Positions 1-13,514 of a stretch of DNA of 64,000 nt are shown here, in pieces. Numbering within the stretch: the first letter of the stretch is position 1; every line of letters begins with the position of its first letter. The stretch spans positions 62,001 to 126,000 of the forward strand of contig JALDZX010000046.1 of assembly GCA_022813865.1 (NCBI GenBank), written 5' to 3'. This DNA comes from Xylographa opegraphella. Taxonomy: Eukaryota. The position numbers were made by a program, and so were the translations under genes. Below the pieces are notes generated by a model. The model made no database searches and was not told where the DNA came from. It worked only from the letters and a program-made list of their open reading frames with translations.

Positions 1-1089
1 GTGACCGCAGCCCTTCTCCTCCTCGTTGGCGTATATCGACGGTTTCCCATAGTTCAGGCTGCACAATATGATCTGCCGCCAAAGCAGCGCCAGCCTTGCT
101 CATGCGCATGCTATTTTGCCCATGCCGAATAATGATAACATGCCGTCCTCTTAGTCCTCTTCTCACAACACACGGCGGGGTCTCCTGATGTGTTTCGCAC
201 AGTCAGGCCTCAGGCTGCGATGACCCGTGTACGGACGGGCCAGCTCGCAGCCACGGGCAAAGTCTCGAGAGCTAGCCTGGACAGCGGGTCGCCTGTTGTG
301 ATCAGGCTGAAATCCTCCTTAGACGGCCCTATCAATATGGGGACGGATGGTGGTGGCCTTGGTCTTATGATGTCTCAGGAATGAATCTAAGGTTCCTCTG
401 CAGATTCTACAAGCGTGTAGAAGCATCCACCGCGATCGGCGTTTGTTCCTGACGAAAGTGAGCGGGTTGGATGGCAGGCGAACCATGCGAACCACGCGAA
501 CCAGGACAACAACCCAACAGCAAACAGTGTAGCTTGGAGTGGTGCACTCCTAGTGTCGAGATAGCTGACGCCACAAGAAAGTGCAAGTCAGAGGGGGTGA
601 CGTGGATAAGTGCAGAACTCGGAAGGTCTATGGCTAGTGTCGGACATGGGAAAACAGTGGACAAACGTGATTTGAAATCGAGGGGGGAAAGTGACAAAGC
701 GCCGAAACGCGATTGAAAGGAGGCAAAACACACCGAGAAGGCTCAAGGTCCCAAGTATGATCCGGTTTGTGGAAATGGGACCATCATTCGAAGTGGCAGA
801 AATGCAGTAGAGGCCAGAAGTGTCTTGAAACCGACCCTGGCACAATGAATGTATGATGGAGATGAGGTCTGCGATCCGAAATTCTCACAATATCTAGTTG
901 CTTCGTATGAAGCCGATGTGAGACCCTTGCGGTCATGACTTTCACATTCCTGTATGCTCTTCATGTTCCATCGATTCAACCAAGGAGTGTACTGCGATTC
1001 TTATTAAACTCATGTAATGCTCCAAAGATAAAATGAGCGCCGTCAGAGCTCCAACAACGCTGTCAGCACACAGACGTGTAGGTGCTTTG

Positions 1090-1449
1090 TTAGCGGATGA
1101 TACCATCTTCTCTCTCGTCGATAAGAGCTTCCTTTGCCTCTGTCGTGACCGAAGCAGAACTGCTTCCACGAGAACCAATGCTGAAGAAGCTCTTGACTTT
1201 AGCTCTCCTGGCTTTTTGCTTCGCTTCTCTATCTTTCCGCCACTGTTCTTCGGAGGAGCAATGTCAGCATTCGTGCCGATAAGCAGGATTGTCAGGAGCA
1301 TCTCGGTGACATCGGATTTTGCGAGTGGAAATACCAGGGTCTTCTCCGCTTGCCAGCGCTGCTTCTCTCCTCTTCTTCCACAGCGCTATGTCCGCCGAAC
1401 TGGCCGGGCCGTTTGCTTCAGCGTTTCCAGCCCCCGGACCACCCATCAT
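1090..1449 (-). CDS. Small hypothetical protein (~90 aa, 2 exons)
   Basis: ATG at 1449; intron 1334-1248 (GTATTT...GCTGAC...AAG) joins MMGGPGAGNAEANGPASSADIALWKKRREAALASGEDP to EQWRKDREAKQKARRAKVKSFFSIGSRGSSSASVTTEAKEALIDEREDGIIR*; spliced length 273 nt; TATA-like CTATATAG near 1595. Confidence 0.5.
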
Positions 1450-2231
1450 GGCAGTCGCGGAGGTGCGTCCATTGACCACATTCTGACTTGTGACTTCGGA
1501 TGATGAGAGAATGTAAGGGAATTCATTGTCGCCTGTAATTCTCTGTCAAATAGTGAAAGGTGAGCAGGCCGGCGGTATGGGATGTCAGTGTCTCCTATAT
1601 AGGTCCGAGAAAGTCATGTAAGCATCCCCAGCTTTCACAAGCGATGGAGAGGTGCATTCTCCAGCAAAACGAACCGCTCGTGATTGGTAGGTATTACTCC
1701 GTAGCTTAACTAGCTTGGAGTTCATGCACAGCCCCAATATGCTGCGCCCTTCGTTATCATCGATTTCCGCCTGTACCGTCGTGGTAGGCTACATTGTGAA
1801 GGACCCTGCGTTCGTACATTGACTCCAAGTCCTCTAGACAAACCCGGAGTTGATAACATGGCTTCCTAAGGATTGGGTACCTATTTTCAAACGCATATTG
1901 ACTCTCACATGGATGCAATCCTTCAGCAGGCTAGTGACGCTGCTAGCCGTTGTGGCTTTTAAGCGAAATCTGGGGCAATGGACATGCGCTTCAGTACAGT
2001 CATCCTCGTATTCTACAGGCATCCTCGTATTCGGACTGACCAAAAGATATTCGGCTCAGTGAAGTCCACACCTCTGCGCCTCTCGATTGAACACTTCTGA
2101 TTTTGCTATTGCGTTTTGGGTACGGCCGTTGGGAAGTCAGTCCCAGTCTTGATCTGCGGCGCGCATTGGGAGAGCAAATCGTATGTCAGCTGCTACACTT
2201 TTCTCGGCCGAAAATGAGTCAGATTCTTATA

Positions 2232-3511
2232 TCAAGATCTTCTATATACTCCAAACGTCCACGCGGCCCGTAGGACGGCTAAACTCCAGGCCATGCCCAA
2301 GCTATCCCACAAGACGTTTAGCTTGCTCCCTTTCACTTCTTTCCAGCCCACTGGTACCTCCGCCACAGGTATGCCGGCCGATTCCGCGAGCATCAGCATC
2401 TCAACGTCAAATATCCAGCCTTCGCATTTCATGTATGGTACAATGTACGGCAACGCAGGGCGGGAGAATAATTTAAACCCGCATTGTGTATCTCGGATCG
2501 CTGCGGTAGCAGGAGGTGTTAGGAGCCGTAGAAAGAGATGGAAGGAATGCATGAGAAAGTTCCGCAGGAATGAGCGCTGTTCTGATTAGCACTTCCAAAG
2601 CTGTAAATGCTGAGTTGACTTACTTTGACCACTTCGTCGCTTCCCACAAGATGTGCTCTGGAGCCTACAGCAACCCCCCTCCCTTTGCCATCTGCCACTT
2701 GTTCGCAGGCTTTGACAAGCTTTCCAAGGTCTGTAAACCGGCTGGCTCCGTCCGCATCAGCAAAGACAGCATGTTTGCCTCGGACGTGCCTTAAGCCATG
2801 TGTTACAGCTCCTCCTTTACCCCTGTTCTCTTGCAATGAGACGACCCGGATCAACGCGGAGGACTTCGTTCCAAGGTCTCTGGCGAAATTCAAGGCAGTC
2901 TCAATTGTCTTATCCGTAGAGCCATCAGACACGATTAGAACTTCCCAGCCCTGGTTGAGCTTCGTCGATCTGTGTACGGCATGCCCATTCGACCCCCCAC
3001 TGTGACCATTCATTCTCGCCTTGATGCTGCCATTCTCCGGCGTACGCGGCCGGCTCAATCCATATTCCTGCTCGAGATATTCGACAGCTTCGGTCAACAT
3101 CATGCCCAGTCTGTCCTCTTCATTATATGCCGGCACCACCAGCGACATAAAAACCTCCTCTGGCTCAATGCCCGGCTCATTACGCGAGAAGTCCCCCTTC
3201 TGTTGAGCAGCCGATTTGGCGGCAACATATTTATCCTGCCAGCAGGGTAATTGTTGAGCGAGGCTAACTTTTCCGTCGGGTCCTATACACCTGAATGACT
3301 TTTCGGCTTTGGTGGGTGGCCGTGGGATTGGCGCAACGACAAATAAGATGAGAAACGACTGTTATTTCGTTCAGTAGGCCACAGTGGTCACCTGAGAGAG
3401 ATCACTCACAAGAACACATATCCCAATCAAAGTACTACCAAATATCAACAACAGCAGCGGCAGAGGTATTGACTGTGATGCCGTGACTGTCTGACGGAAA
3501 CACTCCATCAT
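2232..3511 (-). CDS. ALG5: Dolichyl-phosphate beta-glucosyltransferase (GT2)
   Basis: Motifs SLVVPAYNEEDRL, VSDGSTD, NRGKGGAV, FADADGA, GSRAHL, RDTQCGFKLF, WIFDVEML; N-terminal hydrophobic anchor exon from ATG 3511; multi-exon. Confidence 0.93.
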
Positions 3512-4284
3512 GGTGGATGTGCTTGGCGAATGGCATACGGGCTTGAGGACAGCGGCTTAGCAAGGATAATTGGCCGCATATAGTACTACCTATCCCTCCG
3601 CTATGTCAACAAAGAATTTGCGATGAAAGAATCGCTGGTTGAACCCTCGAATTAATGCTGCTGCACTCAGTTGGTGCTTTGCTGTTCACAACCGGCCCTG
3701 TGTATTTCAGGTACCGGCATGGACTGCATCGTGCTAGAATATCCTAACTTAGTTAGGTACTAGCGCAAGAGATGTCGGACACAGTGAAGCACCCCAAGCA
3801 TATCCTTGGGGTACAGAGAAGACATCGCAAATGACACGAGGATCTCAAGTGTAAGATTAACAAGAGGTCGGACATTCCCACAGCGGTAGTATAGAAGATT
3901 TATATTAAATCTACATATCCAAAGGTGAAGTATCGTCCGGCACAAGCGGTTGCAGACAGGATATCCAAGTTCTGTTATCGATATAAGCTACTTGATACTA
4001 TATCCCCACTGAAAGTCTCCCTGCCTATGGCACTGCCACCTGCCTAGTGTATAAATACTATCTGAAAGCCCCTTGAGTGCATCACACAATATGTTTCCAT
4101 CCCATGACACCGAATCACTTCGAGAGTCATCGCGGCTAGTCAGGCACCTGCCAGCTGCTTCGCTTAGCGGCTTGGCGGTGACATCCCTCCATCCCGATGC
4201 TGAGAAATACTTCTTGTCTCGCAGCATACAACATCAACCATCATTCACTGACGGCTACCACGAATCTACCTACACGAAAGTACC

Positions 4285-5519
4285 ATGCAAGCCATACGCT
4301 CCACGCTCCACATCCTCGGCGACAAGTGGGCGCCGATATCTCACACGTCCACCTTCCGCACCACCGGCCAGATCACTCCCGAAGAGTTCGTCCTAGCAGG
4401 CGACTATCTGGCCTATAAATTCCCGACCTGGGCTTGGGCGCCAGCCGCCTCGCCCTCAAAGAGCGTTCCGCATCTCCCGCCTTCGAAACAGTATCTAGTG
4501 ACGCGCGGCGTACCATGCCACAGACGGCTAGACGAGAACTTCGCTGGCGATGCGGGCCAGGATGAAGCCATGGTGCGAGATGGGTTCGTGGGCGGCGAGG
4601 GGGGCGAGGACGACGGCTGGTTACGGACGGGTGGCTTAGCGGCGAGTCAAGAGGCTCGGGTGAGGGATGTGCGGACCCTGGGGGAGACGGGCGAGCTGGG
4701 TGGCGAGGAGGAGGAAGAGGAGGAGGAGATCCCAGACATGGAGGACGAGGACGACGACGAGGAGGCGATCATCCGGGATCCGCAAGGGAAAGGCACTGCT
4801 GCGTATGCCCGCTCTCTTTCTCGTTATCTGAACCTTTCCTTCCAAAAGCAGAGCTTATACTAACACTGCTATCGCCCCCGCAGACCACTTCGGACCTACA
4901 CCCTCTACATCACCTACTCGCCCTACTACCGCACCCCCCGCCTCTACCTCTCCGGCTACGCCTCCGCCTCGACGCCCCTGCCCCCGCACCAAATGCTCGA
5001 AGACATCGTGGGCGAGTACAAAGAAAAAACTGTCACGCTCGAGGACTTCCCGTTCTTCGACTCGGCCGTCAAGATGGCGTCCGTGCACCCGTGCAAGCAC
5101 GCCGCGGTCATGAAAGTCCTGCTCGACCGCGCCGACGCCGCGCTCAAGATCCGCAAGGCAAAGCTCAAAGCCGGCAGCAGCGGCGACCACGAGGGCCGGG
5201 TCGAAGCCGGGCTGGAGGGCCTGGTGGACGACACGCAGCCGAAGACGGGGCTCGGCGGCAAGGCCGCCTTTGGCAGCGGGGTCGCGGCCGCGGGCGGCAG
5301 TGGCGGCGACGAGTGGGAGGTGCTGCAGCACGAGGGCGGCGAGGAGGACGTGGCGATCCGCGTCGATCAGTATCTGGTGGTGTTCTTGAAGTATGTCCTT
5401 TCCTCCTTCGGGGGCGGTACCCCTTTCTATTCCTAAGCGTATGGTGGTTCTAACACGTGCGCAGATTCATGGCTTCCGTCACGCCGGGCATCGAGCACGA
5501 TTTCACCATGGGGGTGTAG
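4285..5519 (+). CDS. ATG3: Autophagy E2-like conjugating enzyme Atg3
   Basis: [50 protein letters not shown], catalytic [36 protein letters not shown]; two introns. Confidence 0.95.
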
Positions 5520-6371
5520 GATGATGTAGTTTGTGGACCACAGTCATGAGCGATGAGTGATGGCGGTACTTTTGTTTTCGGAGCATTAGGGCGCTGGGCG
5601 GATGGCGTTGATGGCGCGTCTGGTGTCCGTTTGGGTAGTCGTAGAGTCTTAGAGAAGGCATTACTTGAGATGTCGTTCACGCTGCCCAAGCCCGGGTTTG
5701 GATCCAGATACAATGTTTGCAGCGGCGTGAGAAGCTCTTGGCGAGCCATAGGCGGGTAGTGATAAACGACGATCCACAGAGTCATGAATGGAGGCGAAAT
5801 GGCACATGCTGATTTACTTCAAACTATCTGGTGACATTTACATGAGGCGGTGGATCCTGTAGGGTGGGATAGGCATTCATGACTGAAATCATTGACATAT
5901 AATGCAGGTACTTTGTCACCATGATCAATATTGGGTGCACGACAGAAAATGTCCTATCAACAAGATCTCATTGGTTCTCGAGATGTATCCACATCCTGTG
6001 GGAGCTGCCAGTGGGCCCCAAGCCATGTGTGCACAACGCTCCATCGTAATGGCGTTTGGTAACCCACCCCTTGCAAGCTATGCAGCAATAACAGAGCACC
6101 CCAAGCATATCATACAAGAAACGAAAAAGTCGAGGCTGTACAGGGTTAGTGGTCCCCCAATTCGGGCTGGAGAATGCCGTTCCAGACCAATTAATATAAA
6201 GCAGGCAAGGATCCTGTTCGTATACGTATCGTCATCAAAGCAATGTACATCGTGCTGTTCTATCGTCTATGGCTCGCGAAGGTGGCGTATGGGGATTGTG
6301 TAGATTGTTATATGAGCGGGAGAGTATGTCCTGGTGATCGACAACTGGAGATTTAGCGACAGTGGTAGGAG

Positions 6372-8017
6372 TTATTCATCGTCGGGATTTGCGACCTTTG
6401 AGCAATTAGCTATCAAAGCAAATCAACCAAGATACCATGGTACGAACCCGCAGCACCCGTCTGGTGTAGTCACGGTCATCTCGAAAGCTATGAATGCTTG
6501 CATGACTCCCATTGCTATGCTCACCGTTCCATAGCGAGTTCGGATCCAGTCTTTGGTCCACAACGCGCATAGGCCCACTGGCTCTTCGTGAAACTGGCGC
6601 CATGGTATCGATGGGGCTTTTCTCTTCAACACCCAGACTGGTAAGCCCAGATATTGAATTTCTGGATAGATTTCTCCAGTCACCGCTTCGTCGCTTGACT
6701 GCGAATCCCAGTTGACTCATCCTGCTTGTCCGGCGACTAACACTCCCGTCTCCTACATTTGTCTCGCTGTTGACGGTATTGCGATTTCTGCCACGAAAAC
6801 AAGTGCACCAGACGACAAGGAGGAAAAGAGCCATGATGATCAGAGCCACGGCAACGAATACACCAGCAACTTTCCCAGCGTTCGAAAAGAAACCTCCTGG
6901 GGGTGCCGGTATGATCTGTTTTACAGTCTCTAGTGATGGTGGTGGTGCGGTTGGTGTAACTGTGACTGTTTGAATTTCACCGGTAACGGTAATAATTGAC
7001 GCATACGGCGATGCCCACCATGTAGAAGCAGCCCCGATGCTGCTCGTTATGTCAGGAATTGTATTGGTCAAGTGTAGTGTTGTCGAAGTAGTGACTACAG
7101 CAACTGTCGATGAAGAGGGTTGAGGTGTTGCTGTAGTTAGTGTGGTTGTTGATTCGGGCAATTGAGACTCAATAGAGCTGAAGAACGAGGACGGATTCTA
7201 GATAAACGCGTTAATTACGTAGTCCTTCAGAAATGTAAAACGGCATTGATGACAGTGCCAGGGAGATAGGATTATGTGATAAGACTGGTGGTGACATACT
7301 GAGGGAGTGGTAGTACTCGGCTCTACTTGCGAAGCAGTTACCGTTTCCAGCACGGTCACAGCACTTGCGACAGCCACAGTAGTCTGTCAAGGAGAAATGT
7401 TAGGAATTCGTCTAGTCAAACGATAATACAATTCAAGTGGACTGACTGGGATATATGAAGTCCGAGTTTCAAGATATGAAAAGGACTCAAGAATTGTACT
7501 GATCCGGATCGAAACTGGGATAGGGAACGTAGAAGATGGAGCAGAGGGTGGATTACTGACCGGTGGCAGATCAAATGAGGACGGTGCTGCAGCGAAACCG
7601 GGGGCTCCCAATGTCCCGGACGGAGAAACAGCCAGAGCAATGTATCCGAAGAGGCCCTCCTCAGTGTTTCCACAAGTATCAGCAGGAAAGCCTGGGCATT
7701 GCTCATTGCATGAGTCTGTCCCGACACTTTCTGCGGGTATGTAATCAGAACACCAGCAAGAACTCCCCTGAAGGATGGCAAACGCATAGGAGCCCAGACA
7801 GGTTTGCTGACAAGCGCCGTCGGATTGGTACTGAGCATTGACTATTACAAGGTAAGCCGATGAAAAAGCAAAACCCAAGAAGTTCATATAGCATACCTGC
7901 CGCAAAATTCGACGCAGTATTTTGACTCGAACAATAGGTGATGGCGAGCGCGCGGCTAGTGGTAGAGAAGAGGAGGCTCGTTATCAGAACCGCCAAAGGA
8001 ATCCAACATGAGAACAT
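6372..8017 (-). CDS. WSC1: Wsc1/Slg1-type cell wall integrity sensor
   Basis: Signal peptide, Cys-rich WSC domain (YCSSQN...YQSDGACQQTC...CWCSDYIP...CPGFPADTCG), Ser/Thr-rich stalk, single TM (VAGVFVAVALIIMALFLLVVW), tail with DQRLDP, SFRDDRDYTRRVLR and terminal exon VANPDDE*. Confidence 0.88.
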
Positions 8018-9828
8018 CCTTGCAAGATAACGAACGTAAGTAAGACTGTGACTTTGATGTGATCGCTGAAGTCTTTAAGGTTGAGCGGTTGGCCAACCTT
8101 TCCGAAGCGCCGGCTGCGGAGTGGGTGTAAATTGAGAATAATGGAGCAGATAGTGAATGTCTGCGATGCTGGAATCCCTGATACGCAAGCGATCCGAAAC
8201 GAATGATGACAATGAGAATTGTCTTCTCTCTCAATGGTCATGTGATGACACGATATGGCGACACGCAGCGACAAGCCAACTCCCCACGTCCAATATGCTT
8301 GACCTACCAGGTCGCTCGTCACTGGGACGAGCTGGAAGAGGACATTTGATTCACACGCGAAAGCTGTATGACAGCAGCTTCCTGAGAATGTGGAGACTTG
8401 GATGTCACAGCCACGGCACCTGTTTGATGGAAGTAGAGCGTTGACAAACAGGTCGGGGATCAAAGGAGCAGACCGAGCAAGAAACGGCAATTAAACTTCA
8501 CCTAGAGCTTATGCGACAAGGTTTAGCGCCACAGTTGCCGGGGCGGCGAAAAGATTCACCTTCACAAATTTGAAAAAGGGTCACGGATTATCCCCGTGCC
8601 ATGCTCCGCCGTATCTGTATCATTACTTTGTATCACTGTTCGGGGCGGTTGTGAGACCGCTTGACACTTGCGGTACCTTCAATCAGAACAACCTCCTACA
8701 GAATGTTGCATTTGTGGGAAGATCAGAAATCTATTTTCTCGAGTTGCTCCACCGGCGACCGAGCGCGGGTTACCACTTGGCACTGAGTAGTCACTCTACG
8801 GAGTAGTCACTAATGACCAGGTGTGCTCACTTTCCGAGTATCGGTCTTCGGTTATGAGACCCATTTATGACGACGACAAGTCATCTGCATCTAATATGCT
8901 CGGAGAAGCCATGCTTCACGAACCACGGCCCAATCACACGGAAGTTATTACCAATCTCAATAAAGATGTCGTCCAGAGCACGTTCATATCCCTCGCCACG
9001 AATAGTAGTATCACCGCTTCCAACATGCTGTTACTAAGGTGAAGCTGTCATAGTTGCGTGCCACCCATGAAGAACAAAGGCTTCGGCTCTCATTGTATTG
9101 ATTGTATCGCGAATACAGGCGTAGACTGGCATCTACGAACCAGTCAAATGATGCACGCTATAAGCTCCAAGGTGCCACTAGGACAGCCGTATGGATAATT
9201 TGGTTTGTATTGTTGTCACAGGCAATTCCAGAGATGATTGATTATCTGTTATTATTCCTCCAGTGCCACACCAGAACGTGTCTTGGTACGGAGTATCGAC
9301 TCCCGGAACGCGTCCTATCTCCGACATATTGCGCTACGCTCCTACTGGACTAGCAAAGACTCTCTGATACCTCTTGACTCATGTTCAGAATACCACAAAG
9401 TGTGGGAAAGACGAAGCGCTATTCATGAATGCAGCTAGAAAATATGTGCTTTGGTGACAATGTCTGGACATACATGAATGAGATGGCACAAGGACAGGAC
9501 CAAACTAACCGGATGAACCTTCATACTCGATCCAAAGCACTCTTAGCTTCCTTTCTTGATGATACTCATGCGCATGGCTCTGTATCTTAGAAGTGTTCAA
9601 TGATGAGGAAAATTGTGCAGATCGTTCGGGCTGTTGACTAACTAATTGCGATCCAACAGGCAAGGATCTCATAAGGTAGTCTGCAATTGCAATAATGATG
9701 TCAGAAGTTTGGGCCCGAACATTCACCTCAACATGAAGTTCGGCTCTCCCAATTCATTGTCTTTGGGCCGAACTGATAGTATAGCTTACTATCACGAGAT
9801 CAACATTTAGAACTCCACAAATTTCATC

Positions 9829-10274
9829 ATGGCGTTGCTGGGCCTCCGCCGTCTTCCCGCTCGCTCCCTTACAAAAGTTCTTTCCACAACGCCACTGCGC
9901 GCTCCTCAACCGGCTTCTTGTATATAACCTGGTCATCAAATTCTCTGAGATGGTGCTAACAAGGCGCAGGTATCTCTCGCTCATATGCCGGCACAACATC
10001 AGGCTCGCCCAATGCTAGCAATGTCAGCGATAATCCTCAAGCTGTCAGTTCGGAGGCATCCGGGGTGAACAAATCGAGAGCTACAGACAGTGCTACCACC
10101 ACAGACAGCGCATCGACAGCGTCAGCCGTCTCTCAGGATAATCTGCAGAGCCCAGGCGAGAAGAGCCATGACATGGATCCAGTGAAGCAGGATCCGGCGA
10201 AGCCGGCAAAGGAGAAAGCGGAGCATACCGAGAAGCAGGGAACGAGGCCGATGGGCCCTGAGGATCATCAGTAG
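9829..10274 (+). CDS. Small hypothetical protein with a mitochondrial-presequence-like N-terminus (~131 aa)
   Basis: ATG 9829, 50-nt intron 9920-9969 (GTATAT...GCTAAC...CAG) joins MALLGLRRLPARSLTKVLSTTPLRAPQPASC in frame to ISRSYAGTTS... and ORF 10065-10274. Confidence 0.6.
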
Positions 10275-10659
10275 ACCTGTGAGGACGTCTATTCAGCCAA
10301 TCCATAGTCGGTGGAATCTGTTGTGTACATAAAGTCTTTCCAGTCTGTTTATCCTCGACGAGAATACCCTCAGCCATGTTGATAGTGCCAGAGGAGGAGC
10401 ACGAACCACTCATTGGTCATGAGTGGACCCTTGCTCTATGGGTTGCAAATACGTAGCATAAGAGGATGACCATAATTCTGACCGAAAATGTATCAGTTTT
10501 ACCAAAACACCATACTACGAAGTATAATGACACGGTTCTGAGGCATTCCGCATAATCAGTCGGAATGCCCAGATATGGTGCTGGGGAATACGGCCAAACA
10601 TCTTCTGGCTTCGTAAAATTCATCCTCACAAGCTCCAGAAAGTTTCCAATCGATAAGCC

Positions 10660-11618
10660 ATGGCAGTTGGGACACAACTCACTACATTATCCAACCCGCT
10701 AGCGACCCCCGATCAGCTGAGTACATCTAGTTCACAACTGGATGGCCTCTCTTCGGACCTAGAAAACTCGATACGATACACAGGCGCGTTGTTGACGCAG
10801 GCCGCCGGTATTCTATTACGGCTGCCGCAAGATATTATCGCGCAGGCAATCGTGACTTTTACAAGATTCTACGTAGGACCTGAGGGTGATAGCTTTAGAA
10901 CAAGGGCTGCGAAGGTACTCACGCCGGTCAAGCTAAAATTTCAATTGTAGAATCATCTGACCTTGCGTAGGATGTTTCTGCCGCGGCGCTGTATATGACG
11001 GCCAAGATATCGTTCCAACCACAATCTCCACGCTCGGTGCTCAATGTTTACGCATATCTGCTGTCTTCGAAGTTTCGTTCTCTCAATCCTCGAGACGACC
11101 GAATATGCAAGGAAGTAGATCCGGAAGCTTACTATCTGAGTGAGGGCGACTATCTCTCCCAGCGGTCCAATCTGTTATTGACCGAGTCTCTTATCCTGCG
11201 TACCATATCTTTCACCACACATGTCTCACTCCCTCACCATCTGGCTCTTACCTACCTCCAGACGCTTGGCACCTTGCCCGCCGTGCCAACAGGACCGTCC
11301 AAGAAACTTGCCCAACGCACTCTAGCCCATCTCAATACTGCTCTCTTGTCTCCACAATTACTCTATCTGACGCACCAGCCACCGGCGCTGGCTGTCGCAG
11401 CGATTTACCTTGCAGCACGAGAGGTGGGAGTCAAGCTTGTCAATACAGAATGGTGGGAGGTGTTTGATGTTGATAGGGAGGAACTGGGCTTTCTGGTAGT
11501 GGGAATGGCTAGTATGGCTGGATGGGTGGAGGAGGAGCGAATGAAATGGGCGGAGCGAAGATGTTCGCTGACGGTTGAGGAGGTAGAGGTGGAAGTTGAA
11601 CGGAGGAAGGCTATATGA
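10660..11618 (+). CDS. Cyclin-L-like (transcription/splicing) cyclin
   Basis: LSNPLATPDQL, SSSQLDG, GALLTQAAGILLRLPQ, AQAIVTFTRFY, intron 10915-10970, DVSAAALYMTAK, AIYLAAREVGVKL, WWEVFDVDREELGFLV. Confidence 0.8.
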
Positions 11619-12209
11619 TTCCTTGGGGCAAGCAGCGTGAGCCATGATGGGAACGTCTATAACAGGCCTTTGGAGCAGCCTTGCCCTCTCTGACATGTCT
11701 ACTATGATATCCACTGACACAACATGCTGGTAAAATGCTCTGGTATATGTTCGTTGTTGCACGTAGGACGTGGTGCGTCTGATACAGCGATAGAGTACCG
11801 AAGAACATTGTGTAAGTATCAAAGCGCTGTTTAGCGAGGGCTAAAGGGCTGATCGGCAGGTTCAAATTCCCCGTTGGCTCTAAGTCAGAGCCGAACTGCT
11901 AGCCGGTACGTCACTCCCGTTTCCATTGCGCTCCACGAAATAGACCGATCAAAGTGACCTGGGGCGCCGATTACTTTTCATGACTCCAACCAGACCCAAG
12001 TACGACCGCCGGCAACGTACCAGGGCAGACCAAGCCATGTAGACACCTGTACATACTGCTGTTTGATAAAGGTGCAGCTTTTCCTTCACGAACACGGATG
12101 AACTTTCTCTTCAACTCATGTAGGCAGCCGCTTGTCGCGTGCCCCTTTCGCCTGCCTGATTGAGCTGATAAGATGTTTTGATGTTAGTATAGATCTTGTT
12201 TCCTAGAGA

Positions 12210-13514
12210 ATGACTTCAATGTCTCCGACATCCTTCCTCGGGAGTTCAGAGCACGTTGCTCGCGTCGACCGCCGGGCTCGGTCAGACGGACAGCTCCCGC
12301 TACAGCAACAAGTTAGCTCGGCCAGCCAGATGCCTGCTTCTCCAGCCAAAGGATCGTTTTCTACACACATTGCATCCAGCCAGTACGTGGCCCAACATAG
12401 AATTTTTGTGGAGCACCAACGAAGTCTGCATGACGAGGAGAGGGCGTTGTGGCATCTTGAGAGACAGGAGTTGCATAATAAAATATCGGAGCTAGAGGCT
12501 ACTGTGCGTCAGCTACAATCGAAATCGGTCATAGAGCTTATTTCGCCACGTGGGGGAATACCGCCCGGGACCTTTGGCAGCTTTTCGAGCAACCGAGGTT
12601 CACAAAGCACGAGCGGGAGCGCTGGAGATGAGTTTTGGAGAGGGGCCGGTGGGAAAAGCGACTCGATACCGACAAGAACGTTCTCGGAGTCTTCCGATTT
12701 CTCTACAATACCAGACGAAAGACGCATGCCGAGCATTGCGGAACACGACTCCGGCAGCACACCCGTAGCAAGTCTGGCACCGATGTCCCGAGAGATCAGC
12801 CACGAGAGCAGCAATTCTCACCATAGACCGAGCATAGATGGAGCAAAGATCGATAAAAACCTTGACGGCATCAGTTTCAAAACCGCAGCTCTCCCGCCCT
12901 TCATCCTGAAAAGCGTCATCACCTCCCAATCGCCGTCACCTCTCCAAAGCCCTATCTCCGCCCGCCACTCCCCCCAGCGCCTCGACCTGTCGGCCTCGAA
13001 TCTCCTGGACGTCAACAGCCTCTACACCAAAGACGCCGGGCACACGCCCCTCGCGCGCGGAGCGTCCGTCTACTCGAGCGGCACGTCCGAGCAAGTCACG
13101 CCCAAACTGCCCGACACCGAAGACGGCCGCCTCGAACCGCGCCCCTCGGTCGCCGTCTCTCGCCCGCCCAACGAGCGCTCGGACTCCTACTTCCCCCTCC
13201 CGCCCGACACCATCGACGAAGCGGACGAGGACCCCACGCTCAAGGACCCGCTGGGCCTGCAGAACGACATCTCGGCCGACAAGTCCTTCCTCGGCGAGCT
13301 CGACCACAAGCTCCTCCAGGCCGCGCGCTCCCACACCTTCAGCCCCGCCGAGACGAGCCAGCCGGACGGCCCCGATAAGGAGAACAAGTCACGCGGCGGC
13401 GGCGGCGACGACAAGAGCTTCGATCAGCCGGAATCCGAACCCAAGCTGCGCATCAAGCGGAGCATGAATTTCGGCAGCCAGTTCGGCGCGAAGACTTGTG
13501 GCAAGGGGTTGTAA
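12210..13514 (+). CDS. Hypothetical Ser/Pro-rich protein with an N-terminal coiled coil
   Basis: 434-aa uninterrupted ORF; coiled coil HDEERALWHLERQELHNKISELE; motifs KDAGHTP, RSDSYF, LRIKRSMNFGS. Confidence 0.8.
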   Translation: MTSMSPTSFLGSSEHVARVDRRARSDGQLPLQQQVSSASQMPASPAKGSFSTHIASSQYVAQHRIFVEHQRSLHDEERALWHLERQELHNKISELEATVRQLQSKSVIELISPRGGIPPGTFGSFSSNRGSQSTSGSAGDEFWRGAGGKSDSIPTRTFSESSDFSTIPDERRMPSIAEHDSGSTPVASLAPMSREISHESSNSHHRPSIDGAKIDKNLDGISFKTAALPPFILKSVITSQSPSPLQSPISARHSPQRLDLSASNLLDVNSLYTKDAGHTPLARGASVYSSGTSEQVTPKLPDTEDGRLEPRPSVAVSRPPNERSDSYFPLPPDTIDEADEDPTLKDPLGLQNDISADKSFLGELDHKLLQAARSHTFSPAETSQPDGPDKENKSRGGGGDDKSFDQPESEPKLRIKRSMNFGSQFGAKTCGKGL

